Positions 43,481-57,430 of a DNA stretch of 64,000 nt are shown here, in pieces (positions within the stretch are counted from its first letter, which is position 1; every line of letters starts with the position of its first letter). The stretch is from assembly GCF_009914755.1 (NCBI RefSeq), contig NC_060937.1, one strand, 5' to 3'. The position numbers and the translations under genes are program-made. A model generated the notes under the pieces. The model was given only the letters and a program-made list of their open reading frames with translations, was not told the origin of the DNA and made no database searches. This stretch comes from the human T2T-CHM13v2.0 reference genome, Homo sapiens.

Positions 43481-45110
43481 AGAGACTATAACAATGAAAA
43501 CATAATACAAATAAAGACTTTTCCAAGATCATATAAAAGACATATCAGATTGTAGAATTTTGTTTTCCCCTGTGTGCCTTTAAATTGAGATGAGCTTCTT
43601 TTGTTTTTATTGTTCTTGGGAAAAGTTAATGTATTAGCTAGATTAGGAGAATGTAACACAAGTACATATGGATATTAGCCTGACATTTGACAAAGTCATT
43701 CACGATAGCCTACTGGAACAATGCATGTTGGTACAGTCACATGGATTAGTAAATATTTGATGCAAGGTTTTAAAAAGTCCACATAGTACCTTATGCTGTC
43801 ATATCTCATAATATTTCTACGATTATCATTATGACCTCACCTTGGAATGAGGAAAAGTAAAAGTCATATTGAAAATGTTTTCAGTTTAGAAAGCTTTCAT
43901 AAATATATGAATCAGAGATACATTTGTCCAGGTTACCATACCCTGGCTACAAGGATATTTTAATTATCAAATATTACTAAATTAGTTACTGAATGTTACC
44001 AATCACCAAAATAACTAATTTACTAATAATTATAAAGCCCTATTCTCTGAAAAGACCTTATGGGGATGGACCAGGATCTGAAGTAAGGGCTTGGGGATAT
44101 GGGCCTGGCAAAAACAGGAAGTGGAGCTCTGTGAGAAGGCTCAGTTTGGAGGGGCTGCTTGTTCAGATTTTGCTATGATTTGAATCCTATTCTTTCTCCT
44201 GGAGAACAAGAAACTAAGAATGGGAATCCAGAAGCATCAGGTCACATTCCAAGAGTGGTTACTTACACCACATCTGTCATCAGCCAAATCTATTCTGCCT
44301 TGAAACAGAGGAGAGAAATAAGAGGAGGGGCATTTGAGCCTTATTTCATAAAGTGCATGGTGTTGAATGCTAAATTATCCATGTCTTTGAAGGGCTGAGT
44401 TTGAATGAGTTCACATATACATCCCAGTGATTCTCAACTGTGGATCCTAGATAACATTTGGAAAATTGCAGGGTTGTTTTTGTTAGAAATAATCGCTACA
44501 GGTGGTTCAGTACATGTTAGTTGTTACGACAGTTCCATACAACAAAGAATTATCCTAAAATTATCACACCTACCTCCTAGGTGCTACGTATGGTACTCTG
44601 TTAGGATTGTCTGATTAATTCCATGAAGGTCTATACTCCTGGGGTGAGGGCTGTGGCTGGGGTCTCCCCTGAAAAAGAAGGACTTCCTAAGTGTCGCTTT
44701 TCTGGAGAAGAGGTGATTTATTAGGTAAAACTCCCAGAATTATTTGGTGCAAAACATCCAAGAATGTTTCTGCTTGGAACAGATGTAGGCCCACATACAA
44801 AAGAGGGTCAACGTGAGATCATATTAGAGAAGCTGGACTTATGACCAATTCCTTTGGGCGGTGGAAGTAATAAGTTGACCTATTTCATCTAACTCCACTA
44901 ATGTCCACATTGTTAGGTTGGGGGAATGCGTGAGTCTTCCTTTGATGGGTGTCTCTTAGGGGCTGAAGCAGCCTCCAATGTCCAGGTGGTGATGGCAGTG
45001 ATGTAAATGAAAGAGCTGCAAAGGAAGGCAAATCCAGAGAGGAAAAGAAAACAACTGCAAAGGTCATTCATCTCTTCTCATTTGGGGAGGAGTCTCCTCC
45101 CATTGCCTAC

Positions 45111-45800
<690 letters not shown>

Positions 45801-46936
45801 CCACAAGTTTGAAAGGGCATTAATCAATAAACTGTGGCTGATTCCTGGAGAAAAGTGTATAGTGGTATATGACAAGGCTCTGCTTTCTGCCTGTTAATGA
45901 CCTGGGTGAGAACACTGGTAGAATACTGATCAAATTGGAAACTGATAGGAAACAGGAAGGAATACTTCGTGTATCTGGTAATAACATAAGAATATTTCTA
46001 AAAATAACTAGAAGATTTTAAACACTGAACCAAATCAAATACATTTCTGTAGGGCTAAATGGAAACTACTACACTTATATCCAAAAAGCCTATCTTACAA
46101 GTATAGAATAGACGATATGTGAAAAATGACTTCAAGGCTTAAAGTGACAGTAAGGTCAATATGAGCTAACATGTTGCAGTTATGTGATATAATCTTCAGC
46201 TGCATTAATATAAATATGAAGTCTGAAACTGTAGATAGTAACATTATTCTATTTTTTAGTGATTGAACCAATACTGTGCTCTCTAAATGCTTCAGTTTAA
46301 ACTTTAGGACTATCCCTGTAGGAAAAAAAATAGTCACCATTATTGTAGGAGCTTGAATTAATGGTATGAGGAATAATCAAAAGAACTGGACAGGTTTACT
46401 TTGGAGAAAACTTACTTAAAGGGACCTTGATAATCACTGAAAATACATTTTATTGATATACTTCACATACCATTACACTCGCTCTTTTAAATTATACAAT
46501 TCAAATTTTTTTTATATATTCACAACTAGATAGATCACCACTATCTAATTTCAGAATATTTGCATCATCCAAAAAGAAACCCTATGTACGTTAGCAGTTA
46601 CTTCCTACTTCCCTCTCCCCATAGTTTCTGGTAATTGCAAATCTGCTTTAGGTCTCTATATATTTGTCTATTCTGAGAATTTCATACAAAGGGAATCATG
46701 TAATACGTGGTATTATATGTCTCACTTCTATCAGTGAGCATAATGTTTTGAAGATTCACCCATTTTGTAGAATGTATCAGTACTTCATTCTTTTTTATGG
46801 TTGAAAAATATTGCATTATATGGATATAAAACATTTTGTTTATCCATTCATCAGTTGATGAATATTTGGGTTGTGTCCACCTTTTGGCTATAGGAATAAG
46901 TCTTCCATGAACAATGCTTCTATTAACACACATTTT

Positions 46937-47146
46937 AAAAAAATTTTAAGTTCTGGAATACATGTGCAGAACGTGCAGGTTTGTTAGATAGCTATACATG
47001 TGCCACGGTGGTTTGCTGCACCTTTTGACCTGTCCTCTAAGTTCCCTCTCCTTGCCCCCCACCCTGCAACAGGCCCCAGTGTGTATTGTTCCCCTCCCTG
47101 TGTCCATGTGTTCTCATTGTTCAACTCCCACTTATGAGTGAGAACA
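46937..47146 (-). mobile_element. Short L1PA 3' end
   Basis: aagttctggaatacatgtgcagaacgtgcagg...cccacttatgagtgagaaca; degenerate TSD attaacacacatttt / attaacgcacaattt. Confidence 0.8.
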
Positions 47147-47195
47147 TTAACGCACAATTTTTTATGTGACATATGTTTTTAGTTCTTTTGAGTAT

Positions 47196-47576
47196 TGATA
47201 TGATTTGGCTGTGTGTCCCCAGCCAAATCTCATCTTCAATTGTAATCCCCACATGTTGAGGGAAGGACCTGGTGGGAGGTGACTGGATCATGGTAGCAGT
47301 ATCCCTCCATACTGTTCTCAAGATAGCAAGGTACTTCTCACAAGGTCTGATGGTTTTAAAAGTGACAGGTTGTTTTTTTTTTCTTGTTCTGCTCTCTCTC
47401 TCTCTTCTGTCACCATGTAAGATGTGCCTTGCCTCCCCTTGGCCTTCCACCATGATTGTAAGTTTCCTGAGGCCTCCCCAGCTATGCAGAACTGTGAGTC
47501 AATTAAACTTCTTTTGTTTAGAAATTACCCAGTCTCAGGTAGTATCTTTATAGCAATGTGAAAATGGACTAATACA
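47196..47576 (+). mobile_element. THE1D/MST-like MaLR solo LTR
   Basis: tgatatgatttggctgtgtgtcccc...aaaatggactaataca; TSD agtat/ggtat. Confidence 0.88.
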
Positions 47577-49101
47577 GGTATATACTTAGGAATGGAAATG
47601 CTGGGTCATGTGGCAACTCCATTTAACTTTTTGAGGAACTGCCCAACTGATTTACACATCAGCTGTACTGTTTTACATTCCCACCAACAATGACAACAGT
47701 TTCAGTTTCTCCACAAACTGTCTAACACTTGCTATCATCTGTATTTTTTATTAGAACCATCCTAGTGGATGTGAAGTGGTATCTTATTCCGACTTGATTT
47801 GCATTTCTCTAATGATTAATGATGTTGAGCACCTTTTCATGTATTTATTCCCATTTGTATATCATTTTTTGAGAAATATCTATTCAGATTATTTCCCAAT
47901 TTTTATTGGGTTATTTGTCTTTTTATTATCGAGTAATACTTCTTTTAATATTCTGGATACTAGACCCTGATCAGACATATAATTTGAAAATACTCTATCC
48001 CATTTTGTGGCTTCTTTCAATTTCTTGATAGTGTCTTTTGATACATAAATTTTTTTTAATTTTGAAGTCCAATGTTATTTTTTCTTTGGTTTCTTATACT
48101 TTACGTGTCATCTCTAGGAAATCATTGCCTAATGCAAGGCTGTGGAAGATTTAACCTAAGCTATCTTCATTGTCCATAATTTAAGTCTTTGATGCATTTT
48201 GAGTAAACTTATGTTTGAGTAAATATATTTTGAGTAAAAATATGGTATAAGGTACACACCCAACTTTATCTTTTTGCATGTACATATTCAGTTCACTATT
48301 TGTTGAAAAGACTATTCTTTAATTTATTTACATCCTGATGTATTATGTCCTTTCTTCTGCTTGCTTTGGGTTTAATTTACTATTCTTTGTCTAGTTTCTT
48401 AAGGAAAAAGATTAGGTGATTGATTCAGAATCTTATTTCTTTTTTAAAATACAAATACTTACAGCTGTAAATTTCCTCCTAAGCACTGCTTTCATAGCCT
48501 CCCTTAAGTTTTGGTATGTTGTGTTTTTATTTTCATGCAACTCAAATTAATGTCTCATGTTTTATTTTTTAACCCATTGGTTATTGAGAAGTGTATTGTT
48601 TAATTTCTAGATATTTATAAATATTATAAATTTCCCTCTGTTACTGATTTCTAATTTCATTCCATTATGGTCAGAGAATATACTTTGTATGATTTCAATC
48701 CTTTAAAAATACATTGAAACTTATTGTATGTCCTAACATGTGTTCTATCTCAGAGAATGTTCTATGTGTACTTGCAAAGAGTTTTTATTCTGCTACTTTT
48801 GGGTGGAATATTCTACAGATGTCTGTTAGCTCCTGCTGGCTTACAGAGCTGTTCGTGACTTCTGTTTCCTTCTTGATCTTCTGTCTAGTTGTTCTGTCTA
48901 TTATTAAAAGTGAAGTGTTGAAGTCTCCAGCTATTATTGTTGAGCTGTCTATTTCTTCAATTCTGTCAGCATTTACTCTATGTATTTTGGTGCTCTGTTA
49001 TTAGGTGCATAGGTGCAAAAATTTTGTTTTGTATTGCATTGAATTGATACATCAATTTAGATAAATTGTCATCTTGGCAATATTGACTCAATATGTGTAT
49101 A

Positions 49102-50146
49102 TAAGGGTACTTCAAAACATTTGTGGAAAAAATGAAATTCAAAGATAAAAAGTATAAACTTTATTTCCAATATAAGCTCCATCAAGTTCAAGATATCTTT
49201 ATAAGTTATGGTATCAGTCATTTAGCTCATCCCTAAAGAATTGAGGGTCTTGGGAATTTAATCATGTCAATGCAGTCATTTTTTGTAATATTAACTGAAG
49301 AATGGTAGGTGCCCTTTAAAGATATTTTAAGATAAGAAAAAAAAAAAAACCAGAAAAATGTCAGAAGGAGCCAAATCAGGTCTGTAAGGTGGATTCCTAA
49401 TGATTTCCTGTAGAAATTTTCACAAAATTGTCCTTGTTTGATAAGAAGATAGGAGCATTATCGTGGTGGAGAAGAAATCTGGTGAAGCTTTCTCAGGCAT
49501 TTTTCTACTAAAGCTTTGGTAACTTTCTCAAAATACTCTCATCATAAGGAGATATTATTGTTCTTTGGACCTTGGGCAACCCAAAAAACTGTTGCCATGA
49601 CCTTTGCTCTTGGCCAGTCTGCTTTGGCTTTGACTGAACCACTTCCACTTTTTGGTAGCCATAGCTTTCATTGTGCTTTGTCTTCAGGATCATACTGGTA
49701 AAGTCACATTTCATCTCCTGTTACAATTCTGAAAAGAAATGCTTCAGGATCTTGATCTCAGTTGTTTTAAAATTTTCGTTGAAAGCTCTGCTCTTGTCTG
49801 CAGCTAATTTAGGCACAATGGTTTTGGCACCTATTAAGTGGAAAGTTTGTTCAACTTTATTCTTTTAGTCAGGATTGTGTAAGCTGAACCAATTGAGATG
49901 TCTATGGTATTGACTATTGTTTCTGCTCTTGTTGGTCTTCTTCAATTAGAGTGCAAACAAGATAAATTATTTCCCTGAAAGAAGCTCTTTTCAAACTGAC
50001 GTCTTATACTTCTTAGTGCATCAAATAGGATTCGGTTCAGACATGTTATAACTAGAACAAGTTTATTTTTGTGCAAAAAGATTTTGAAATCCATTCATAG
50101 TTTTTTCATAATACACATTTTCCATGAACTTTGTGAAGACCCCTTG
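49102..50146 (-). mobile_element. HSMAR2 mariner, internally deleted, both TIRs present
   Basis: Termini taagggtacttcaaaacatttgtggaaaa and ttttccatgaactttgtgaagaccccttg; TA on each side; frameshifted transposase remnant around 49500-49720. Confidence 0.88.
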
Positions 50147-52452
50147 TATGGTATATCTCTCCACTTATTTAGATATTTTCTAACTTATCTCAGTAATGTT
50201 TTATTGTTTCCTATGTAAAGGTTTTACATATATATTTTTAGATTTTTTTCATATTTATTACAAATGGGATGTTATTGCAAATGGAATCTCTTTAAAAGTT
50301 TTATTTTCCTTTTTTTCTAGTACAAAGATATATAATTGGTATATTTACCCTGAAACTAGTACTTATAAATCATAAATTTTAGTAGCTTTAGGTTACTTTG
50401 AACTTTGTACATATATAATCTTACCTTCTAGAATAAAAAGAAAAAAGCAACCAGTTGTTTTATTTTTTCCTCTCCAACTCTTAAATATTTATTTATTATT
50501 CTGGCTGCATTGTACTGGCTATAATCTTTATTACAATATGAATATAAGTGGTGATGTCAAGAGTCCTTGATTCATTTCAAAGCTCAGAGCAAAATCTTTC
50601 AACAATTTACCATTAGCTGTGAGGATTGTTGTAGGTTTGGATAGGTATTCTTTAATAGATACAGGATATTCCTTTCTATTCTTTGTGAACAAAGAGGTTT
50701 TTGTTTTGTTATTTTTGATTTTTTTGTTTTTGTTCTCCCCTATCTGACTGTCATTTATTTCTACAACTCCTCGAGAGAAGTAGTCATAAGTGGCCTGTTC
50801 CATCTTCATAACAGAGAAGGGCATAGGATACTTAAAGCCTACCTATTCAAAGCATGAATTACAATATATTCCACAATGAAAAAGTGATGACTATCTCAAT
50901 TTCGAAGTTGATTGTTAAGCAACACAGGCTTTTAAAATAAAACAAGAGCCCATTCCAGGGGTTGCAAACGGGTGACCAGTAGGGTAAATCTGGCTGTAGA
51001 TGGTTTTATCTGGTCCACAGTAGTTTTAAGCTTTTGTTTTTTCTTAATTCTTCACCAGGGATACAAAAATTTTACATTTACATCTGTGATTTCTGCCTTC
51101 TCTTTTTTAAAAAAGTTGGTAATGGGCCTTAATGCAAAATCGGCTGGAGAATAAAGATCCCTTTTTTACAAGACGTGTTCTTAAATTTGCCACTGATAGT
51201 CACATATCAAATTTCTCCTTCTAATTTTGTTGTATAGTTTTGAATCTGGGCAGACTATCTGCAATTTGGTGAAAATGTTGTTTAGTATGTAAATAAACAA
51301 AAACACCTAAATTTTACATGGTTATAGAATGCTGAATAATATAAATTGAACGAAAACAGAAAAGATGAATTAAAGGACGGGGGGTGGGGGGAAGTTTGAA
51401 CTTAAAGATTCCAAAGCAAGTGAGACCATGGTACATAGTTTAGAAAATGTTATATATGTACAACATAAGGTGGACTCTGAGGCTAACTTTAGGAAAACAT
51501 TAGTAATTTGTGAGGGAAACTGACAGACTACAAAGGTTGTTTCCTTTATCTTCCTAACCTATCAATATCCCACTTTGATATTAATTCAAAATGTTTAATG
51601 AAATGACTTCTCTGATAGTTAAGAAAATTTACATATTAAAACACTTATTTCTGAGGATACAGTCTATCATTTGAATGAGAAGACCCAAAGAATGCCTTAC
51701 TAAACAGTAAACTGCCTTTAAGTATATCATCTGTGATCAATTCAGTAAGACTAAGTTTATTACACTTCAATTCCAGGCATAAAATGACTATCTGGTAAAC
51801 TACAAAGAGCTCCTTACAAAAGAAGTCCATATAATTACAGATATTGTAGAATTCCAGGCTCTTCTCTGAAAAATGCAAAGGAATCGATGTTCGAGTACTA
51901 CGGTAATCCACATCTTTCTCAGGTCAGACTATACCATATACTGCAGAAATGTTTAATCAATTTTGGCAGCTCAGGCCATGAAGCCCCACCACAACATCCT
52001 GAACTGTTACAGTCTAACTCTTGGGTCGCTGTTAAGAACTGTAGGATCTTCAAGGCTTTCTGGGAAGCTTTGCTCAGTTTGCAAATCACATAAAAGGGAA
52101 GAGTTGCCTCTTCCTGTTTGCCTGGCTTCCCTTCTGGGATTGCTTCTCTTATCAGTTTCAGGCTCTTTGGTATTTCTCTATTTTAAAGATTTCAAAGGGA
52201 TGTGTAGGGCATGAGTCAAATGACACATATCCACCACCATTTGAGGCCTGATGTCCCCCGTAAGGTTGGTTGTCTCAGAATCCAGAAGTGGCTTATAGTC
52301 TGTGATAGAAATCCAATCCTCAGCAACTGCAGGGAGCAGCACTGAGGACCCACAGAAGGCCTTGTAGTCTTCCAGATCTGTCACTGTGGGCAGGCCCCAC
52401 AAGCATGCTGCAACTGTATACTATGGAAATACCCTATGAACACATCTAAGAG

Positions 52453-52982
52453 TGAGAGGTGAAGCCAGTTGGACTTCTAGGTTGGGTGGGGACTTGGATA
52501 ACTTTTCTATCTTACAGGAGGATTGTAAAATGCACCAATCAGCACTCTGTAGTTAGGATTGTAAAACGTGCCAATCAGCGCTCTGTGGCTAGCTAGAGGT
52601 TTGTAAAATGAGCCAATCAGTGCTCTGCGGCTAGCTAGAGGTTTGTAAAATGGACCAATCAGCACTCTGTGAAATGGACCAATCAGCACACTGCAAAATG
52701 GACCAATCAGATCTCTGTAAAATGGACCAATCAGCAGGAGGTGGGCCGGGACAAATAAGGGAATAAAAGCTGGCCGCCCACAACAAGCCAACAGCAACCC
52801 CCTAGTCCCCTTCCAGGCTGTGGAAGCTTTGTTCTCTCGCTCTTTACAGTAAATCTTGCTGCTGGTCACTCTTTGGGTCCGTGCCACCTTTCAGAGCTGT
52901 AACACTCACAGGGGAGGTCCACTTCTTCATTCTTGAAGTCAGCTAGACCATGAACCGGCAGGAAGGAACCAATTAGGGCACA
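52453..52982 (+). mobile_element. LTR12F-like (ERV9) solo LTR inserted in the MOCS3 pseudogene
   Basis: tgagaggtgaagccag...gggcaca; TSD agag at 52449-52452 and 52983-52986; repeated ccaatcagc units. Confidence 0.92.
52535..52770 (+). promoter_or_regulatory. LTR12 U3 promoter: seven CCAAT (NF-Y) boxes and an AATAAAA TATA-like element
   Basis: CCAAT at 52535, 52571, 52613, 52655, 52679, 52703 and 52727; aataaaa at 52763-52769. Confidence 0.65.
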
Positions 52983-54269
52983 AGAGCAACAGGCTGCTAC
53001 TGCAAAGAGGCCCAAACAGCAGAGATCTCAGCACTTCCAGCATCCGCAGGCAACCCTACATGTTGACCCCTGTCTCACTGCCACCCCCTGATGTTCCCCC
53101 CACCCACGCTCCATCTGCCCGGTTGGAAGTGGTTTGGGGGAAGAGGAAGGGATAGCAAGTGGTAGACTATCACGTGGTCCCCCAAGCACAGGAGAGGTTG
53201 GCCAGCATTTATTAACCACGTGGTGAAGGGCATGTTGTCTGAACAGTCACCATCAGGTCCTAGCAGCAGGCCAGATCAGCGCAGTGTCGTGAGGGCCTGG
53301 ACTTAGGGAACGCATCCATGGCCAAGGTGAGGTAGCAGAAGCAGAAAAGGCCAAGGCCCAGCAGGCCAGCCAGCCCCTCAAACTGCAGCCCGCACTGCTG
53401 GTACATAGTCGTTGTGTGCAAACTTCAGCCATGCCAGCGCAGGCAGCACTAGCTGTTGGCTGAGCGCAGTCTCGACTTGGTGGCCTTCGGAAGACCGAAC
53501 CAGGGGCTCGGGCTCAGGCTCTGGCTCGTGCTTTAACAGAAGCCTCCACCGGTGTCTGCTTCCGCGAACTGAGCTCCTCCTCCTGCTGGGCAACTTCAGT
53601 TGCAAGATGAGTGTCTCCTCCCTAGAGGCCATGGTTTGGAAGTCATTTTCAATACAATGATTTCAATACATACATTCAACACATACATTTCATTCAATAC
53701 ATTGATTTTTGAATGTGAAATCCAACTTTTTTTCTTAAACCCAAATTGTTCATGGTGTGTTATCATTTTTGTAGTTTGCTATATTTGATTTACTAAAATT
53801 TTGTATATCATTTATTGCATCTGTGTAAATGAGAGAGCTGGAGCTCTAGTTTTATTGTAATGTCACTGGCAAATTTTGGTTTCAGTGTTATGCTGTCCTC
53901 ATAAAATGATTTGGTGAGTATTGTCTCTTTTAATACTTTACAGAATTTGTCTATTTTATGTAATTTTTTCCATAAATATTTCATGGAAGTCACTGGTGAA
54001 TTCTGGATCTAGAATTTTCATTAAGGGAAGGTTTCAATAGATACAGAACTATTTTGAGTTTGCATTTCGTTTTGATAAGTTGCACTTTCCTTAGGGTTTA
54101 TTTCATCTAAAATTTTAAATTAATCGGCCCAAAGTTGTTCACAATGATCTCTTATGAGCTTTCTAATGTCTAATAGGACCTGTAATAATGTACGCTTTCT
54201 CAGCCCTAATTTTAGTTGTGTGAGCGCTCTCTATAGAAACTCACACCCCTGACCAGGGCTCATTTTTTT

Positions 54270-54510
54270 GGGCTGGCCAGCTCCAGCCCTGGGCCAACTC
54301 TAGCCTTGTGTCTGTTTTTATAAAATAAAGTTTTGTTGGGACACAATCATACTTATTCATTTGTATATTATCTATAGCAGCACCACAATGCCAGAGATGA
54401 GGAGTTTCACAGAGACCGTAAAGTCTGCAAAGACCAAAAAAAAAAAAAAAAAAAAAAAAATTTTTTTTATCTGGTCCTTTACAGAAGAAGTTATTTTATT
54501 CCTGATCTAG
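54270..54510. mobile_element. MER58A-like hAT-Charlie element with an internal A25 run
   Basis: aaataaagttttgttgggacacaatcat...cacagagaccgta...tatctggtcctttacagaa. Confidence 0.75.
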
Positions 54511-55977
54511 GCTATTAGTCTACTGAATGAACCAACTTTTTGTCTTAGTTTCTCCTCTCCTATGTTTATTTCAGTAATATCTTTTATTTTTTATTTAAAT
54601 TTAATTTGCTTTTTAAAAACTTCTTGAAATAGTTTCTCAGATAAATTGATTTCCAGTTCTTCTTGACTGGCTTATTAAGCCATAAATTTCCCTCTAAATA
54701 AGGCTTTGACTGTGATTCATAAGCTTTGATATATTTTCATTATCATTTAGTTCAAAATATTTTCTAATTTGCATTATAATTTTTTATTTGAATCTTGGGT
54801 TATTTAGCATTGGATTTCTTAATTTCCAGATATATTTTCTAGTTATTGTTTGTTTTTAATTTCTAGGTGAATTTTAGAGTCCCCTGGGAATACAGCATGT
54901 ATGATTTTTTTTTTTCTTTGAAATTTTTGAGACCTGCCCCATTCTCCAACATATGGTCAATTTTGGTAAATATTCTGTGTGCACTTGAAAAAATGTGCAT
55001 TCTGAAATTGTGTTCAGTGTTCTAAATATGTCAATTAGGCCACGTTTTGTAATCCTGTTGCACTAATCTGTATCCTTACTGATGTATTGTTTGCTTGTTC
55101 TATCTGTTATTGAGAGAGTTATGTTATAATCTCTCATTGTAATTGTGAATTTTTTACATGTCCTTTTACTTCTGTTATTTTGGCTTTACATATTTTTCGT
55201 ACAAATATGGGTTAGGTACATATAACTTCAGAATTGTATGTGATCCTGGTGGATTAACCATTTTATCTTGTGAAACATCCTTATTTATCTCTGGTAATTA
55301 ACCCTGCCTCAATGTTTATTTTCCTGATATTTAATAAATTGTAGCAGCTAATTCTTTGCTCAAAATTCCAATGTCCTATCTCTTCCTTCTTTTTTTATCT
55401 GACCAATGGATTCACACATCACACAATTCTTTACTTTCAATATTTAAATGCTCTTATAATTAGTACCTGTTTCCTATCAGCAATATATGGCTGATTTTTA
55501 TTAAGTCTAATCTACCAGTCTTTATATTTCATTTTCAGTATTTAGTATAGATTTATGTATTTACTGATATATTTTAGTAAAGGCTATTTTTCCCACTTGT
55601 TATCTTTCTTTTTCTAATCTTTATTGACTCTTTTGAATTATTTCTCATAATTCAAATGTTCTCTGTTAATATTTATGTTATTTTAGTAGTTATCTTAAAT
55701 TACTGACTTTTTAGAAAATAAAACAATGCCTTTACCTCTCCCAGACAATGTAAGGACTTTAAATCTATTCCCTCTCCATCAACTTACGTGATATTGTTGT
55801 CATGTGTGTTGATTCTATATAAATTTTAAATCCTAGAGGATGCGATTGTGTTATAGAGTCAGTATTCTTTTACATTTACCCATATTGTCACTAGTTCTAT
55901 TGGTTGTTACTCCTTTTGGCATCTCCTTGCTTCATTGAGAAGTCATCTTTCTTCAACTTAAAGAATACGTCAGTATT

Positions 55978-56300
<323 letters not shown>

Positions 56301-56749
56301 TTCCTTTAGTGTGAAGCTTCTGTGGTGGTTTTTTTTCCTTAGCTTTGTTTGACTGAAAAATGTCTTTATCTTCTTTTTTTTTTTTTTTTATAATGAGACT
56401 TTATCTTCCTGCCTTTCTAATTTCCTCCTGGTTTTTATTTTCAAAATTTTAAGTGTGATATTTTCTAGGTGTGATTTCCTTCTATGTATCTTTCTTGTGG
56501 CTAATGGAGCTTGGTTAGTATCCTTTTTCTGTTGGAACATTGAGGGTCATCGTTATTTCTTCAGCTGTTACTTTTGCTCTATTTTCTCTCCCTGGAACTC
56601 CCATTATAGGTCTGTCAGACTTTTCACCATGTCCCATTTAATTCTTAAGTTTTTTTCCTGTATTTTCCATCTTTTTGTCCCTTTGTGTCAATCAATACAT
56701 TTTATTTTGGCCTATATTCCAGTTTACTAAACATCTTTTTAATAGTATC

Positions 56750-56932
<183 letters not shown>

Positions 56933-56964
56933 TAAATCTATCCATTTGGAATCATGCTATGAGG

Positions 56965-57430
56965 ATTTTTTTAAAACAGCTTTATTGAGACATTAATTCA
57001 CACACCATACAATTCACCCATTTAAAGTGTATAATTCAGTGGCTTTTAGTATATTTACATGGTTGTGTATCCATCACCACATTTCTTTTTTACATTTAGA
57101 ACATTATTAGAACATTTTTATTACCTGGAAAAGAAACCCTGACCTCTTAGTCATCACCACTTAACCTCCCATCATGCCCACCTCTGGGCAACCACTAGTC
57201 TGCTTTCTGTCTCTATAGATTTGCTTGTTTTTGACATTTTATATAAATGAAATCATGCAGTATGTGGTATTTTGTGGCTGGTTTCTTTCACTTAGCATAG
57301 TTTTCAAGGTGGATCCATGTTGTACCATGTAGCAGTCTTCATTTGTTTTTATTTCTGAATAACAATGTATACATGTACCATATTTTATTTATTCATCTGT
57401 TGATGGATATTTATGTTGTTTCCATCTATT
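56965..57430 (-). mobile_element. L1MB 3' end
   Basis: cagctttattgagacattaattcacacaccatacaattcacccatttaaagtgta... Confidence 0.8.

Larger units (their letters stand above)
46445..49010 (-). mobile_element. L1MB-like LINE with nested inserts
   Basis: L1MB-type 3' end (tttattgatatacttcacataccat...), ORF2-like ORF 46682..46933. Confidence 0.75.
50698..53645 (-). pseudogene. MOCS3P: Processed pseudogene of MOCS3 (UBA4; adenylyltransferase/rhodanese), disabled
   Basis: ATG at 53630-53632 gives MASREE...SQQLVLP; CSDNM at ~53231-53246; [16 protein letters not shown]...DIRPQ...HALHIPLK (ORF 52178..52402); YVICKL at ~52075-52092; AAKID*TFLQY near 51938-51970; ~1.2 kb 3'UTR, AATAAA (tttatt 50754-50759) and decayed poly(A) 50698-50734; stops, frameshifts and deletions. 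Confidence 0.9.

Noticed and set aside
52530-52740. Repeated ccaatcagc units resembling a CRISPR-like array
   Set aside because: Normal LTR12 U3 tandem repeats in eukaryotic DNA; no unique spacers or cas genes.
53378-53632. 84-aa ORF starting MASREE as a functional microprotein
   Set aside because: Frameshifted N-terminus of the MOCS3 pseudogene; no evidence of selection or expression.
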